Shown: in pieces, positions 41,631 to 51,548 of the stretch | How positions within the stretch are numbered: position 1 is the first letter of the stretch | How the letters are laid out: the number at the start of each line of letters is the position of its first letter | Virus record (IMG/VR): IMGVR_UViG_3300029610_000357 | Location: 1 to 52,284 of that record | Length of the DNA stretch: 52,284 nucleotides | Direction: 5' to 3' (one strand) | Origin: a virus | Lineage: Duplodnaviria > Heunggongvirae > Uroviricota > Caudoviricetes | Made by a program: the position numbers and the translations under genes | Notes under the pieces: model-generated | Seen by the model: only the letters and a program-made list of their open reading frames with translations | What the model was told of the DNA's origin: nothing | Databases searched by the model: none

Positions 41631-41924
41631 AATTAACTATTTATGTAAACTAAAATCCTTATGCTTTCACACAAGAGAAGAGCACATCAACACCATATTG
41701 TAAGTACAACTTAGGTGGCTCCCATTTTCAGGCACTTGCCCTACTTTGCTCGTTGAAGGTTTCTCTGTTCGAGACTTCCCGGCTGATTGTCCAATTTATT
41801 TTTTTTCAAACATTCACGCTCGCCCATATTTCATGACCACGTTGTAGTAAAATAACTTTAAGGAGTTTCCAGCAAAAAGAGAGCTTTTTCACTAACAAGT
41901 TTCCTTGATAGTGCGCACAAATTT

Positions 41925-42351
41925 ACGAATTTCGGCTGCGGATCGCACCAAGACATGAATACACTTTCCCATTTGCAACCCACTTAAAAGTCCAATTGCA
42001 AAGAAGAATATTGTACCGATAGAAAAGAGGATGATTATCATGATCAACAATTAACCAAGTACTAAATTCCTCATCATCATTGACAGGAATATCTACATAA
42101 GTTCCTAAAGGATACTTAACCCCTGGTCTAAACTGCAGATGATAATCAATCGCATCTTTACTGATACTGTTTTTTGTATATGCTAAAAACTTTGCGTCAA
42201 CATCTTCACCTAATATCCTACATTCCCGAAAGGCGGGGTCCTTTGTGAATGTGACATCCATAGCTTTCAGCGAATGGGCTCTGTACTTTTTAGAAGCAGC
42301 AGTACTATGAGCACCATTATTTAACCTATTTCTATAACTCTCTAGACTCAT
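41925..42351 (-). CDS. putative head-closure / neck protein, exon 1 of 2
   Basis: AAGGAGG RBS; WLIV...YNILLCNWTFKW; ORF stops at the predicted 5' splice site. Confidence 0.75.
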
Positions 42352-42667
42352 CTACATCATCCTCCTTGATATGGTCAACAAGTGATGTAGCATCGAGAAT
42401 AGCTTTTCTATAAGCTGCATGATCGTAATCTTCTTTTAATGCTTCATCTCTAGCCTGAGCTAAGATAGCAAGAAGATCTAATACGACTGTCTGATTAGAA
42501 AAGATTTTATTGTATCCAGATAATTTCCATAATAATCCTGCAAAGTATCTATCCAAATTAGGATCTTTTTCTTCACGCATATATAACAGCTTGAAGATGG
42601 AATTCTGAATAGTCTTTTTATGAGCATGGATCTGCTCCTTTGGAAAATTTCCATATTTGCTATTCAT
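42332..42667 (-). CDS. hypothetical protein (head-tail region)
   Basis: 111 aa, AGGAG RBS. Confidence 0.7.
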   Translation of the reverse strand: MNSKYGNFPKEQIHAHKKTIQNSIFKLLYMREEKDPNLDRYFAGLLWKLSGYNKIFSNQTVVLDLLAILAQARDEALKEDYDHAAYRKAILDATSLVDHIKEDDVDESREL

Positions 42668-42676
42668 ACATTTCTC

Positions 42677-43099
42677 CTAACTATTGTTCTGTCTAAATTT
42701 TTCTGTTTGATAATCTCTGTAAGCTTTTTGTTTTTCTACTCTGATCTGATCTCTCAAGGCCATTACCTTATCTAATTGATTTGATTGAGCATAAAATTTT
42801 TCTTCAGCTCCACCAAAAATCTGTTTAGTAAGAAGAGTAGAGTTCACCTGAGGGCGAATCCATTCTTCTACCATAGACAAGGCTAAGATTTCAATTTCAA
42901 TATCTGAAAGATCATCTTCAAAGACCCCTTCAGTATCATCTCTCTTGGAAAGATCAGAAGTACATTTGCTAAACTTAGAAATACTTGCAGTTAAATAACC
43001 TAACAGCATTTCATTGGCATCTTTATCAGATAGATCAGCAAAATCATAATCTTCGATCTTTAATAAGAAAACAGAGTAGATGCGTTCATAAGAGGTCAT
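42677..43099 (-). CDS. putative head-tail adaptor
   Basis: 140-aa helical protein two genes after the capsid gene; GGAGGTG RBS. Confidence 0.55.
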   Translation of the reverse strand: MTSYERIYSVFLLKIEDYDFADLSDKDANEMLLGYLTASISKFSKCTSDLSKRDDTEGVFEDDLSDIEIEILALSMVEEWIRPQVNSTLLTKQIFGGAEEKFYAQSNQLDKVMALRDQIRVEKQKAYRDYQTEKFRQNNS

Positions 43100-43109
43100 A
43101 ATACACCTC

Positions 43110-43685
43110 CTAGAGCACTAACTTAGCAAACTCAGTTCCCAGTGATTTGTCGATTGTTTTCACAATACGAATACTATCCAGCTGTCCATCTTTAATAAGT
43201 TTTGCAGCAGCTGTTCTAGCAGCATCTTTTACTCCTTCAGGAGCACTATTTAAGAATGACTCTAAAGCATCTGGTGTCTTATCAAAGAAGCTTCTAGGAT
43301 CATCTAATCCATAGAACTGATTTGTAATTTCCTGTAACTGAGGGTTTTCCTTTAAGAAATCTTCATCCATAACAATAAAATAAGGATAAAACAGGTAATC
43401 GGATTTTCTGGCTAACATTGCTTTTAAGTCCTGATACTCAACATCAGTAATTTCTCCATACTGAAGCCACTCATATCGAGTACGAGATTTTGCGAATGTT
43501 TCGTGATAAATTAATTCTCCTGTTGTTACTGACATACAAGGAATTAATTCCTCCTTGTCAAACACACGAGCTTTTGGCTCTGGTTTAGGAGTAGCTTTTT
43601 TTGTTCTAGTTCTTTTCGCTGTGGACTTAGCAGCAGCTTTTTCCTCGACTGCATTTTCTGTGTTAGTTTTATTAGTTTCTGGCAT
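43110..43685 (-). CDS. hypothetical head-associated protein
   Basis: 191 aa, AAGGAG RBS, directly after the capsid gene. Confidence 0.7.
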   Translation of the reverse strand: MPETNKTNTENAVEEKAAAKSTAKRTRTKKATPKPEPKARVFDKEELIPCMSVTTGELIYHETFAKSRTRYEWLQYGEITDVEYQDLKAMLARKSDYLFYPYFIVMDEDFLKENPQLQEITNQFYGLDDPRSFFDKTPDALESFLNSAPEGVKDAARTAAAKLIKDGQLDSIRIVKTIDKSLGTEFAKLVL

Positions 43686-43738
43686 TTTAATATCTCCTTT
43701 TTAATATCAAAAGAGCCAGCATTTAACTGGCTCAGATT

Positions 43739-44848
43739 TTATCCTACTGTAAATTTGTAAGTTCCAAATAACTGGTTGATAACAACATTGATACCAAGTT
43801 TCTGCATTAACTCGTACTCATATGTCATATCCTGGTTTGTTGCGCCATCATTGACCTGTTTAACAATAGCTTCACCTTCATTAACAAGCTTGATAGGTTT
43901 GTTATCAGCATCAATAGGCATTAACAGTAATTTCTTATTGTCAAGCTTTTTGTTTCTTGTTCCCTGTTCATTAACCTGAGGGATAGCCATTAATCTGATT
44001 CCTTCAAACTGTCCTAGTGTACCAGTTGTATGTCTTTCATTTCTCATATCGTCTGAAATCCAAGCAGATGGAGAAAGAGCGATAACCTGAGAAATAGCAG
44101 ATCTTGTACCACAGATAACAACTTCTTTACCTGTATCTGTTTCAAGATTCTGAACAGCTTCAATTAATTTATCAGCTTCTAATTTACCTGTGATCTTTAA
44201 GTCTGTAGGTAATTTTTCATCAGCTCCCATGAAAGATTCATAGATCATGTCATTGATCTTTCTGTCAAAAGCTTCATATACTTTTGTGATCATAGCAGCA
44301 AAGTCACGTCTACCTGCCATGAATAACTCAAACTCTTCATAGATCTTAATTCCATACCAGTCTGTAGTAACAGAGAAGCTTTCTCCGATTCCTAATTTCT
44401 GGCGGATTAAGTCATGATGATTACCAGCGAATCTACTAACTGTTAACACAGCCTGCTCTTCAACATAGAATACATTCTGATCTCCGTCAGCTAAGTTTCT
44501 CTGATCAACCCATTCCATGAAGAAAGGATTGTCTCCCCATCCACTTACAAGTAAGTTCTCTAATGTCTCCTCTAACAATTCGAAAACTTCTGGCTGATGT
44601 CTACGAATAGCTTTTCTAAGAACTTTACGATTCTTTTCATCTTCAGCAACTCCAAGAACCTGAGCAAATTTCTTTCTAATAACAGTATTAGCAGCACTTT
44701 TAGCATCTGCAACACCGTCAATTTTCTTCGTTTTGTCGTTAGCTGTGTCTAACATTAAAGCAGAGAAGTCCATATATTCCTGCTCGCCTTGTTCAAAAAC
44801 AGCCTGAACTGTTTCTCCCAGTTCGCTAAATTTCATAAGTCTTAACAT
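43739..44848 (-). CDS. major capsid protein
   Basis: 369 aa, AAGGAGG RBS, order portal-scaffold-decoration-MCP as in SPbeta-like phages. Confidence 0.78.
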   Translation of the reverse strand: MLRLMKFSELGETVQAVFEQGEQEYMDFSALMLDTANDKTKKIDGVADAKSAANTVIRKKFAQVLGVAEDEKNRKVLRKAIRRHQPEVFELLEETLENLLVSGWGDNPFFMEWVDQRNLADGDQNVFYVEEQAVLTVSRFAGNHHDLIRQKLGIGESFSVTTDWYGIKIYEEFELFMAGRRDFAAMITKVYEAFDRKINDMIYESFMGADEKLPTDLKITGKLEADKLIEAVQNLETDTGKEVVICGTRSAISQVIALSPSAWISDDMRNERHTTGTLGQFEGIRLMAIPQVNEQGTRNKKLDNKKLLLMPIDADNKPIKLVNEGEAIVKQVNDGATNQDMTYEYELMQKLGINVVINQLFGTYKFTVG

Positions 44849-44866
44849 ATATTTCTCCCCTCCTTA

Positions 44867-45403
44867 TTACGCTGTAGCCACTTCTGTGTTTTTCATTACT
44901 TCAAGCATGACCATAGTTACACCAGATTTGATGTATGTATAACGAATTTTCGCTACAAATCCATAATCTGTAACAGCTGTTGCTTTAGCAATTTCCTGAT
45001 ACTTACGATCTTTTGCAACAACTAAGTTACCAACTGTAACTTTTTCTCCAGCAGCTTTTGTGATCAGATAATCAGAAATTCCATACATATCTCTTGGAAC
45101 AAGAGTATAAGCACGAGCACTTTTACCTGCTTCGATCACATAGTTGTATTCAGCCTGTCCAACTGTTGTAGACTGATCATAAATTAATGCTGGGTTAGCA
45201 ATTAAAACAACCTGACTACCTTTTGTAGGTGTAGCTGCTTTATATTCTTCATTTCCACTTGTTTCTACTGGATCACCCAGAGCAACAATCATTCCATTTT
45301 CCATAGCAGCAACATCGTCAACCACAGAAAAAATGTGTCCACCACCGAGATAAGTAGCATTGATCTTACTTGTCTCGACAACACCGTATTTTGTATTTGC
45401 CAT
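44867..45403 (-). CDS. putative capsid decoration protein
   Basis: MENGMIVALG motif, AAGGAGG RBS before ATG 45403, precedes MCP. Confidence 0.6.
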   Translation of the reverse strand: MANTKYGVVETSKINATYLGGGHIFSVVDDVAAMENGMIVALGDPVETSGNEEYKAATPTKGSQVVLIANPALIYDQSTTVGQAEYNYVIEAGKSARAYTLVPRDMYGISDYLITKAAGEKVTVGNLVVAKDRKYQEIAKATAVTDYGFVAKIRYTYIKSGVTMVMLEVMKNTEVATA

Positions 45404-45471
45404 TAAATTTTCCTCCTTGTTTTTAGACATTAAAAAAAGACACCGCACAGGCATCCTTCAAAATTCATATA

Positions 45472-47007
45472 TTATTTTTCAAAATCATCAAATAATGAAC
45501 CATATGGTTTATTTGCTGTAGATTCAGGTGATTTTCCACCAACACTCATACCAAATTTATGTTTAGCAGGATTTTTATAAGCAAATTCACCACTGATAGC
45601 AGCTTTTCCAATGATTTTTAAACATTCATTTTCTAACTCTCCAACAGAGAATTTTTCGATCTGTTCATATAGAGCAGAATATTCTTCAGAACCTTTTAAT
45701 TTTTCTTGGAAAGAATCTAACATGGCTGTCTTTTCTTTCTTGTCAGCCTCTTTCTTAAACTCTCTAAGAGTTTCTAATTCAGGTTCCATTGCTTCATAAT
45801 CAGCAACCTTGGATGTTAATTCACCAATTTTTGCTGTATATTTTTCTTCAACTGTCTTTTCAGTTGCTTTTTCAGCTTCATATTTAGCTTTATCAATCTC
45901 AGGTTGTACAATATCAGCAAGAGAGAAGTCTTCAGCTGGTTCCTCAGAACCTTCGAAATCTACAATTGTATATTTCTTTCTTTTCTTAGAGTCAAAATCA
46001 ACTTTAACTTCATCGCCTGCAACATCAAAGCTGAATCCAAATAATTTGTATCCATCTTCTCTGTCATAAGCATAAACTTCTCTGCTGTCTACATCATAGT
46101 CCACTACAAAATATTTAGAATAGCTTCCCCAGTCAGTTTCAACTTTCTGATCAGCAAAAGCTTCACTCATAGCTTCTCCGAGATTACTAGACAGTAAGAA
46201 TTCTTTTGTCTCTTTCATCTGTGTTAATTTTTCAGTCAGGGCTTTTTCGTCCATGTCTGCATATTCAAAATCAAGAGACTCTGGATCAAATCCAAAAGAT
46301 TTGATAAGTTCTTTCTTATTCAAGTCATGTTCCTCCTTTTTCTTTGTGATTTCTGTGTTTTTTATTTCAAAACAGTACTGTTTAAAGTCTTCAAACATTT
46401 CCTCCATTGATTCTTTGAAAGTATCTGCACTATATGTTTCTAAACATGCTGATTCAAAACATGGTGGAGCACTCTCTAACAATGTGAACGCCTGAAATTC
46501 AAAATCAGTAACATGACACACACCATCAACCATTTCATATGAATTAACACCAATCTCCATGGATTGATCTGTAATACCATTTTCTTTGATGTGGTCATAA
46601 ACTGCCTGACGTTTCCACAGAAGGACCTCACAACAAAAATAAGTCTTCACACGGCCATCTTCTTCAGTAACATTTTCCCAATACCACTGTGGAGATTCAG
46701 GAATTACACCTAATGGATCAGTCAGATTGTATTCTTTTAAAACCCCGTTCTTATCTTTTCTAAATGTCGAGTCGTGAGAACCAATCTTGTCTTCATCGAT
46801 TGAATAATTTGCTACAAGAGGTACGTAAGCAAGAGAAGAAGTAGCTTTTTCAAATGATTTTGTACTAATATAGCTACCATTTCGGTTTTTGCCCTCGTAA
46901 GCAATGTGTAACATTCCTTTATCAAAAGTGCTATTTGCAGACACAATATCCTCAATATAGGCACTGTATTTTAAACTCATTTTTGTTTTTTGTTTGTTTT
47001 TAGCCAA
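45472..47007 (-). CDS. prohead protease / scaffold protein
   Basis: GKNRNGS, IGSHD, LLWKRQ, QSMEI, AFTLL...PPCFESA protease-like N-terminus; acidic coiled-coil C-terminus. Confidence 0.72.
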   Translation of the reverse strand: MAKNKQKTKMSLKYSAYIEDIVSANSTFDKGMLHIAYEGKNRNGSYISTKSFEKATSSLAYVPLVANYSIDEDKIGSHDSTFRKDKNGVLKEYNLTDPLGVIPESPQWYWENVTEEDGRVKTYFCCEVLLWKRQAVYDHIKENGITDQSMEIGVNSYEMVDGVCHVTDFEFQAFTLLESAPPCFESACLETYSADTFKESMEEMFEDFKQYCFEIKNTEITKKKEEHDLNKKELIKSFGFDPESLDFEYADMDEKALTEKLTQMKETKEFLLSSNLGEAMSEAFADQKVETDWGSYSKYFVVDYDVDSREVYAYDREDGYKLFGFSFDVAGDEVKVDFDSKKRKKYTIVDFEGSEEPAEDFSLADIVQPEIDKAKYEAEKATEKTVEEKYTAKIGELTSKVADYEAMEPELETLREFKKEADKKEKTAMLDSFQEKLKGSEEYSALYEQIEKFSVGELENECLKIIGKAAISGEFAYKNPAKHKFGMSVGGKSPESTANKPYGSLFDDFEK

Positions 47008-47065
47008 ATTTCATCTTCACCGCCTTTCTTTTTGTTTTTTACAACTAAAAAAAGACCTCAGCGGT

Positions 47066-47263
47066 CTAGAATGTCATTTTATTTGTGAAAACCATCTTCA
47101 TACGGTCATCTAATGAAAATTCCATATCTACGGCTTCCAATTTATTTTCAAAAATATAAACCGTATGATCTTTACATTTTTCAACTTTTAACAGCTTACA
47201 TTTTTGTTCTAATTTTTCTTTTAGTTGCTCATCTATACAAAAGATGAATGGTTTATTCTCCAT
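47066..47263 (-). CDS. small hypothetical protein
   Basis: 65 aa overlapping the portal stop; VYIFEN...FTNKMTF. Confidence 0.6.
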   Translation of the reverse strand: MENKPFIFCIDEQLKEKLEQKCKLLKVEKCKDHTVYIFENKLEAVDMEFSLDDRMKMVFTNKMTF

Positions 47264-48800
47264 TTTTATTCTCCTCTCTGGTTGCTATACCTTCCTCAGT
47301 CATATCATCAAGGTTCTTTTCTTCAGCACCACCTTTAGAGTCAGTTGTACCTGTATTAGATGTATAAGAAGAATTAAGAGGCTTCCATAATTCATCTAAT
47401 CCCAGTGCATTTTCCAAACCAGTATTCTGCATAACTTCATAAGGCGTATAACCCAAAGAAGTAGCAAGTTCCATTTTTACTGGAACACCTAAGGCAGCAG
47501 CATCTTTTCTCACGTTGATATAATCTTCTTGTGTGAAATATGTATATCTGTGGAACTTAATAATATAATTTTCATCAATATTGTTTTTGATGTACATCTG
47601 AGCCCATCTCTCAATCTTAACTAAGAAATCTATGGCTACAGTTTCATCAACTTCTATAGAATGTTTCAATCCAACAGATCCACCTTTGTCAGAATTGAAT
47701 AACATTTCAGATACACCAACTTTGCTCATTAAATTAGATAAAGAATTAGCAAAGATATCGGTGTCAGACGTGTCATTTGTTTTAAAAGGAACGACTTCAA
47801 GATCACATGGGCTGTAAGCAGTTGCAACCAAAGAAGGAACAGCTTCACTTAAAAGTCCATCCATAGCTTGTACAAGATCTAAATCAACAGCAAAATCATT
47901 GATTTCTTTTGTACCAGATAATAATGGGATTTTTTGAAGTAATAAGACACTTGCTTCCAACTCTGTCTTAGCTTTGATTAAATTTTCATAGTCTAAAAGA
48001 TCAATCAAAGACACAAAGAGTGGAAGTAGATATGGAAGCGGAAGAAGTGGATCGTTTCCAGAAATGATACAAATAGAGGTTTCCATAGGAATTTGAAACC
48101 ATTTGTAATCCTGACCATTACTTTTGTAAGCATTGTAGCCAGTGCTAAATACAGAATCCCACTCTTCAAGATAAATACTATTATTTCCCTGATCAAAGAA
48201 GCTTGCATCAAAGTCAAATCCATAAACACCATTGTCTACTTGAGTAACTTTGCAATATTTAGCTTCTAACTGGTATAAAAAGCATTCATCATCGCCATTG
48301 TCATAAATAAATCCAAAATAAGCACCATCTCTAAGTGCTGTTGCAATAACACCGGGCATATCGGCTTTAAAATTAATTCGCTGAACACCTTTTACAGCTT
48401 CTGTGTAAGAAGTAATGAAATCAGCCTGTCCACCATTCGATAAATCTTCTTTGGGGACTAGCTGATAGTTATATAACAACATGGAAGAGTAATATTCGAT
48501 CAGTTTCCGATATGGCATACTTACTCTGTATAACCATTCAGAAACAGCTCTGATATTGTTAATGTTTGATTGTGGATTCTGAATATACTGTTGTAGTTTA
48601 GCTTTTGTGTAACGAGTATAACTACGACTTGTTTCTTTGTTAGCTTTTTGTAAAATTAAACTATTGACCTGACTTTGACTGAAAGTAGAAGCAAAAGGTC
48701 TTGAATAATTTCCTGATTGCATTTGTGTAACTTTACGTTTTATGGGTTGATTCTTACGCACGGGTTTCCCAGCATTTTGTTTTTTCGCCACATTATCCAA
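47253..48800 (-). CDS. portal protein
   Basis: 515 aa directly after TerL; AGGAGGTG RBS with TTG start. Confidence 0.8.
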   Translation of the reverse strand: MDNVAKKQNAGKPVRKNQPIKRKVTQMQSGNYSRPFASTFSQSQVNSLILQKANKETSRSYTRYTKAKLQQYIQNPQSNINNIRAVSEWLYRVSMPYRKLIEYYSSMLLYNYQLVPKEDLSNGGQADFITSYTEAVKGVQRINFKADMPGVIATALRDGAYFGFIYDNGDDECFLYQLEAKYCKVTQVDNGVYGFDFDASFFDQGNNSIYLEEWDSVFSTGYNAYKSNGQDYKWFQIPMETSICIISGNDPLLPLPYLLPLFVSLIDLLDYENLIKAKTELEASVLLLQKIPLLSGTKEINDFAVDLDLVQAMDGLLSEAVPSLVATAYSPCDLEVVPFKTNDTSDTDIFANSLSNLMSKVGVSEMLFNSDKGGSVGLKHSIEVDETVAIDFLVKIERWAQMYIKNNIDENYIIKFHRYTYFTQEDYINVRKDAAALGVPVKMELATSLGYTPYEVMQNTGLENALGLDELWKPLNSSYTSNTGTTDSKGGAEEKNLDDMTEEGIATREENKNGE

Positions 48801-48813
48801 GTTCTTTCACCTC

Positions 48814-48950
48814 CTAGTATTGCTTCCAGTTAAATTTGGCCGGACGAATATTAATAAATTGTTGTGTATAATCAGTTTTCTTTGGTTTACGCTTAGTAAT
48901 ATGCTCACGTCTTCTCTGAGCTAACTCCCAAGCGAGCATGGCGATTACAT
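48814..48950 (-). CDS. terL: terminase large subunit, exon 3 of 3 (absent from the ORF track)
   Basis: HDDRA-Y-VIAMLAWELAQRRREH...WKQY*; stop overlaps the portal RBS. Confidence 0.85.
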
Positions 48951-49200
48951 CGTTCTGTTACTTTTTGACCTGCTTACAGGCGAATGAGACGTTAATCTCA
49001 TTTCTCATATTTCTTTTGTTATAGTATGAGTCCAGACTATCGCATCTCCATATAATACCGATGGAGTTCTTTCACTTAGTCGTTGCAGCTGCACGGTTTC
49101 CCTGCTTGCTGTGGGTTATCCTCTTCAGGACTTTCCCAAATTGATCAGAAAGAATTAAAAATGCAGTTTATGGATTATGCTGCATTTGCCCTATGCCTTA
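48951..49200 (-). ncRNA. group I intron terL-I2 (250 nt, ORF-less)
   Basis: P1 GCCU/GGGC with U.G; GCAACGACUA and GCGAUAGUCU (P7); terminal G at 48951. Confidence 0.9.
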
Positions 49201-50482
49201 AGGCTCTATCGTCATGCATTTTATTAGCTTTCTGGGGATCAAGATCAAATCTGTCCTTGCCAGAAGCCTGTTTGAATCGATAAATATTAACCAATTCAGT
49301 TTTTGCGTGATCAATTTGTTTCAAAGCAATCTCTTCATAAGTGGTTAACTTGTGAATTTGAGTATCAACAGTGATTTCTTTCTTGCTTAATATTTTTTCC
49401 TCATCCTCAGATGGGAAATAATCACGCAGAGTACGATTACCATTCTTATCAATCTCATAAATTAAGTTGATGAATCCCTTTCCGTCATACTCATTCGGAA
49501 ATTCAATCAGACCTAAATCCATCATTTGAATCAAAGATTCAAACATTTCAGACTTATATTTCAATGGGGACATCAGTTTTACGATGTCTGGGATAGCATT
49601 AGGGAAGTTTCTAGCTTCCTCGGCAGAATATTCCTTATCAATCAATCCTCGATGCATTAATCCGTCTGAATCTTCCCAATCCTCTAAGAAGAAGTCAGTA
49701 ATAGGCACGCCGGCTCCTCCAGAACCTGCATCAACTAAAAATCTCTTGATATTTTGGTAATCAGCAACGCCATCACCGTTATAATCTAATAGTAATTGTT
49801 TGATTGCTTTAATCTGATTTGGGGTATTCATAGGAGTTTTATTAGCTTTGAAATAATCTTGAAGACATACAAGATTGACAATTTTCATTTTTAATCCCTG
49901 TGTAGGATCTTCATAAAGTTCTCCTATGGCAAGAGCAGAATTATCATGTGATCTAGCAGGGTCATATGCAAAAACATACTCTCTGCGACCATCTGGATTT
50001 TTAAGAACTGGAATTCTGTTGTAAGAGTTCTTAATGATCCTTGCTCTTTTAATGATCTGACCATCTCCACCTTCATTTGTGAAGATGTTATAATATTCAC
50101 GCAATGCGGCTTCCTTATCTGTTCGCATAGCACTGTCTACAGTACTTTGACTTAACAGAGGTTTAGGTAGTCCAATGCCTCTTTTTGTTGCTTTAATAAT
50201 GACATCACAGTTAATATCAGCACAAAAATAGTTTTTATCTCCTGCATCCATTCGTAGGCTACATTCTCTGTACTTTTTATAAAAATACTGGTCAGTACGA
50301 CCTGCAGAAGAGCAGTAGAGTAACTGATTTTCGAACATAGGTGGTTTCATAAGCATTTCAGAACCATCTCCATTTGTTCCTAATGCAAAATCAGCGTTCT
50401 GAGTTGTAAATGGTTCAGAAGTATCAAATAATTCATCTGGACTGTTCATTGCTTCATCATATACATTGCAATTGCTACGCTT
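49201..50482 (-). CDS. terL: terminase large subunit, exon 2 of 3
   Basis: Begins KRSNCNVYDEA (Walker B); YCSSA; FAYDPARSHDNS and VDAGSGG nuclease motifs; join(51365..50796,50482..49201,48950..48814) = 1989 nt, 662 aa. Confidence 0.9.
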
Positions 50483-50795
50483 CGTTTTTGTTATCCTACA
50501 GGCTTTTTATCCCATAGTTCTTATACTTGTACTTTCGCATAAGATCGGCGTACCTCTTTACCTGCAACTTTACTTGTTAAGGCAGTGAGAACTCTTGCAG
50601 GGATTATATTCTACGAAAGTAGGTTCACCCTGTACGCTCTGCATGTGACCTTACTTTTAAATAAGGCCTTCCATTCGGATTAGCATCTCAGCCTTCCCGT
50701 TTTCTTTCTCACTTAAATTACATCCTCTTAGGAAAACCAATCATTTCTGATTGGGGAAGCAAACATAGTAATAGTATATAAACTATATCTAAAAT
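50483..50795 (-). ncRNA. group I intron terL-I1 (313 nt, ORF-less)
   Basis: P1 GAAGU/GCUUC with U.G; P7 GCGUAC/GUACGC within GCAGAGCGUAC and AAGAGGUACGCC; terminal G at 50483; in-frame join NNRS|KRSN. Confidence 0.88.
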
Positions 50796-51365
50796 ACTTC
50801 TGTTGTTGTTATATGCACCGTTCAAAGTAAAAATCTGTGCATCGTTATACAATTGATGATGATATGAAGCAGGATTGTGAACAAATCCATCTTTATTTGC
50901 ATGAGATTTAATAATTTCACTTGCATAAACACTTGTAAGTGTTGTAAATGAAGGAACTTCATTCTTTGTGATCTTTTCAAGCTTTGAATACATTTCAATA
51001 GACTGTGATCCAACACCGCATAGAATATAAGCGGTGAAGTTTGGTACCAACAGAGATTTAGTCATCAAATAGATAGATGCCAATGCACTTTTACCACCAT
51101 TTCGACTCATAGCCCATACTGCAACCTTAGAAGTCCAAGTATTCATGAATATATAGGTCTGATAGTCCATTAATTCAACACCAAATATCTCTGATGCGAA
51201 TCTGGTAGGATTCCTTCGACCCCACTGAATGAACTCAGCAGTCTCTTTGTATTGCTCATACTGACGATTTGTAATGTCATATAAACTAGGTTTTTTGAAG
51301 ATTTGATAATTCTTTGGGAGATATACACCAGATTCGTGTAATTCGTATTTCTTACTTTCTCTCAA
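50796..51365 (-). CDS. terL: terminase large subunit, exon 1 of 3
   Basis: LMDYQ adenine-binding motif, MSRNGGKS Walker A; GAGGTG RBS, TTG start overlapping the upstream TGA. Confidence 0.9.
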
Positions 51366-51548
51366 TATTCGATCACCTCACCATCTTCAGTCATGAGGCG
51401 TTTCTCAATCAGAAAATCTTTAAGATCTCTGTTTTCTACGAGAAGGATTCTTGCCCTTTCAAGAGCTTCATCACGTTCTCTACTATATTGTTCAACTAAC
51501 TCAACTTTAATATCTTTGATTTCTGATGCAATGTTCTCGTCATAGCCA
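51362..51548 (-). CDS. gene upstream of terL (putative terminase small subunit), last exon (absent from the ORF track)
   Basis: RHKQI-GYDENIASEIKDIKVEL...EVIEY*; stop overlaps the terL start. Confidence 0.75.

Larger units (their letters stand above)
40570..41924 (-). ncRNA. group I intron (1355 nt) with LAGLIDADG endonuclease gene in the P9 region
   Basis: P1 CGU/GCG, P10 UUGU/ACAA; UUGCUGGAAA, AAUCAGCCG, UUCAACGAGCA and GAUGUGCUCU (P7 GAGCA/UGCUC); exact 3' boundary uncertain by 1 nt. Confidence 0.85.

Noticed and set aside
978..46495. Numerous 60-150 aa ORFs antisense or out of frame within long structural genes
   Set aside because: Shadow ORFs without RBS or recognisable motifs
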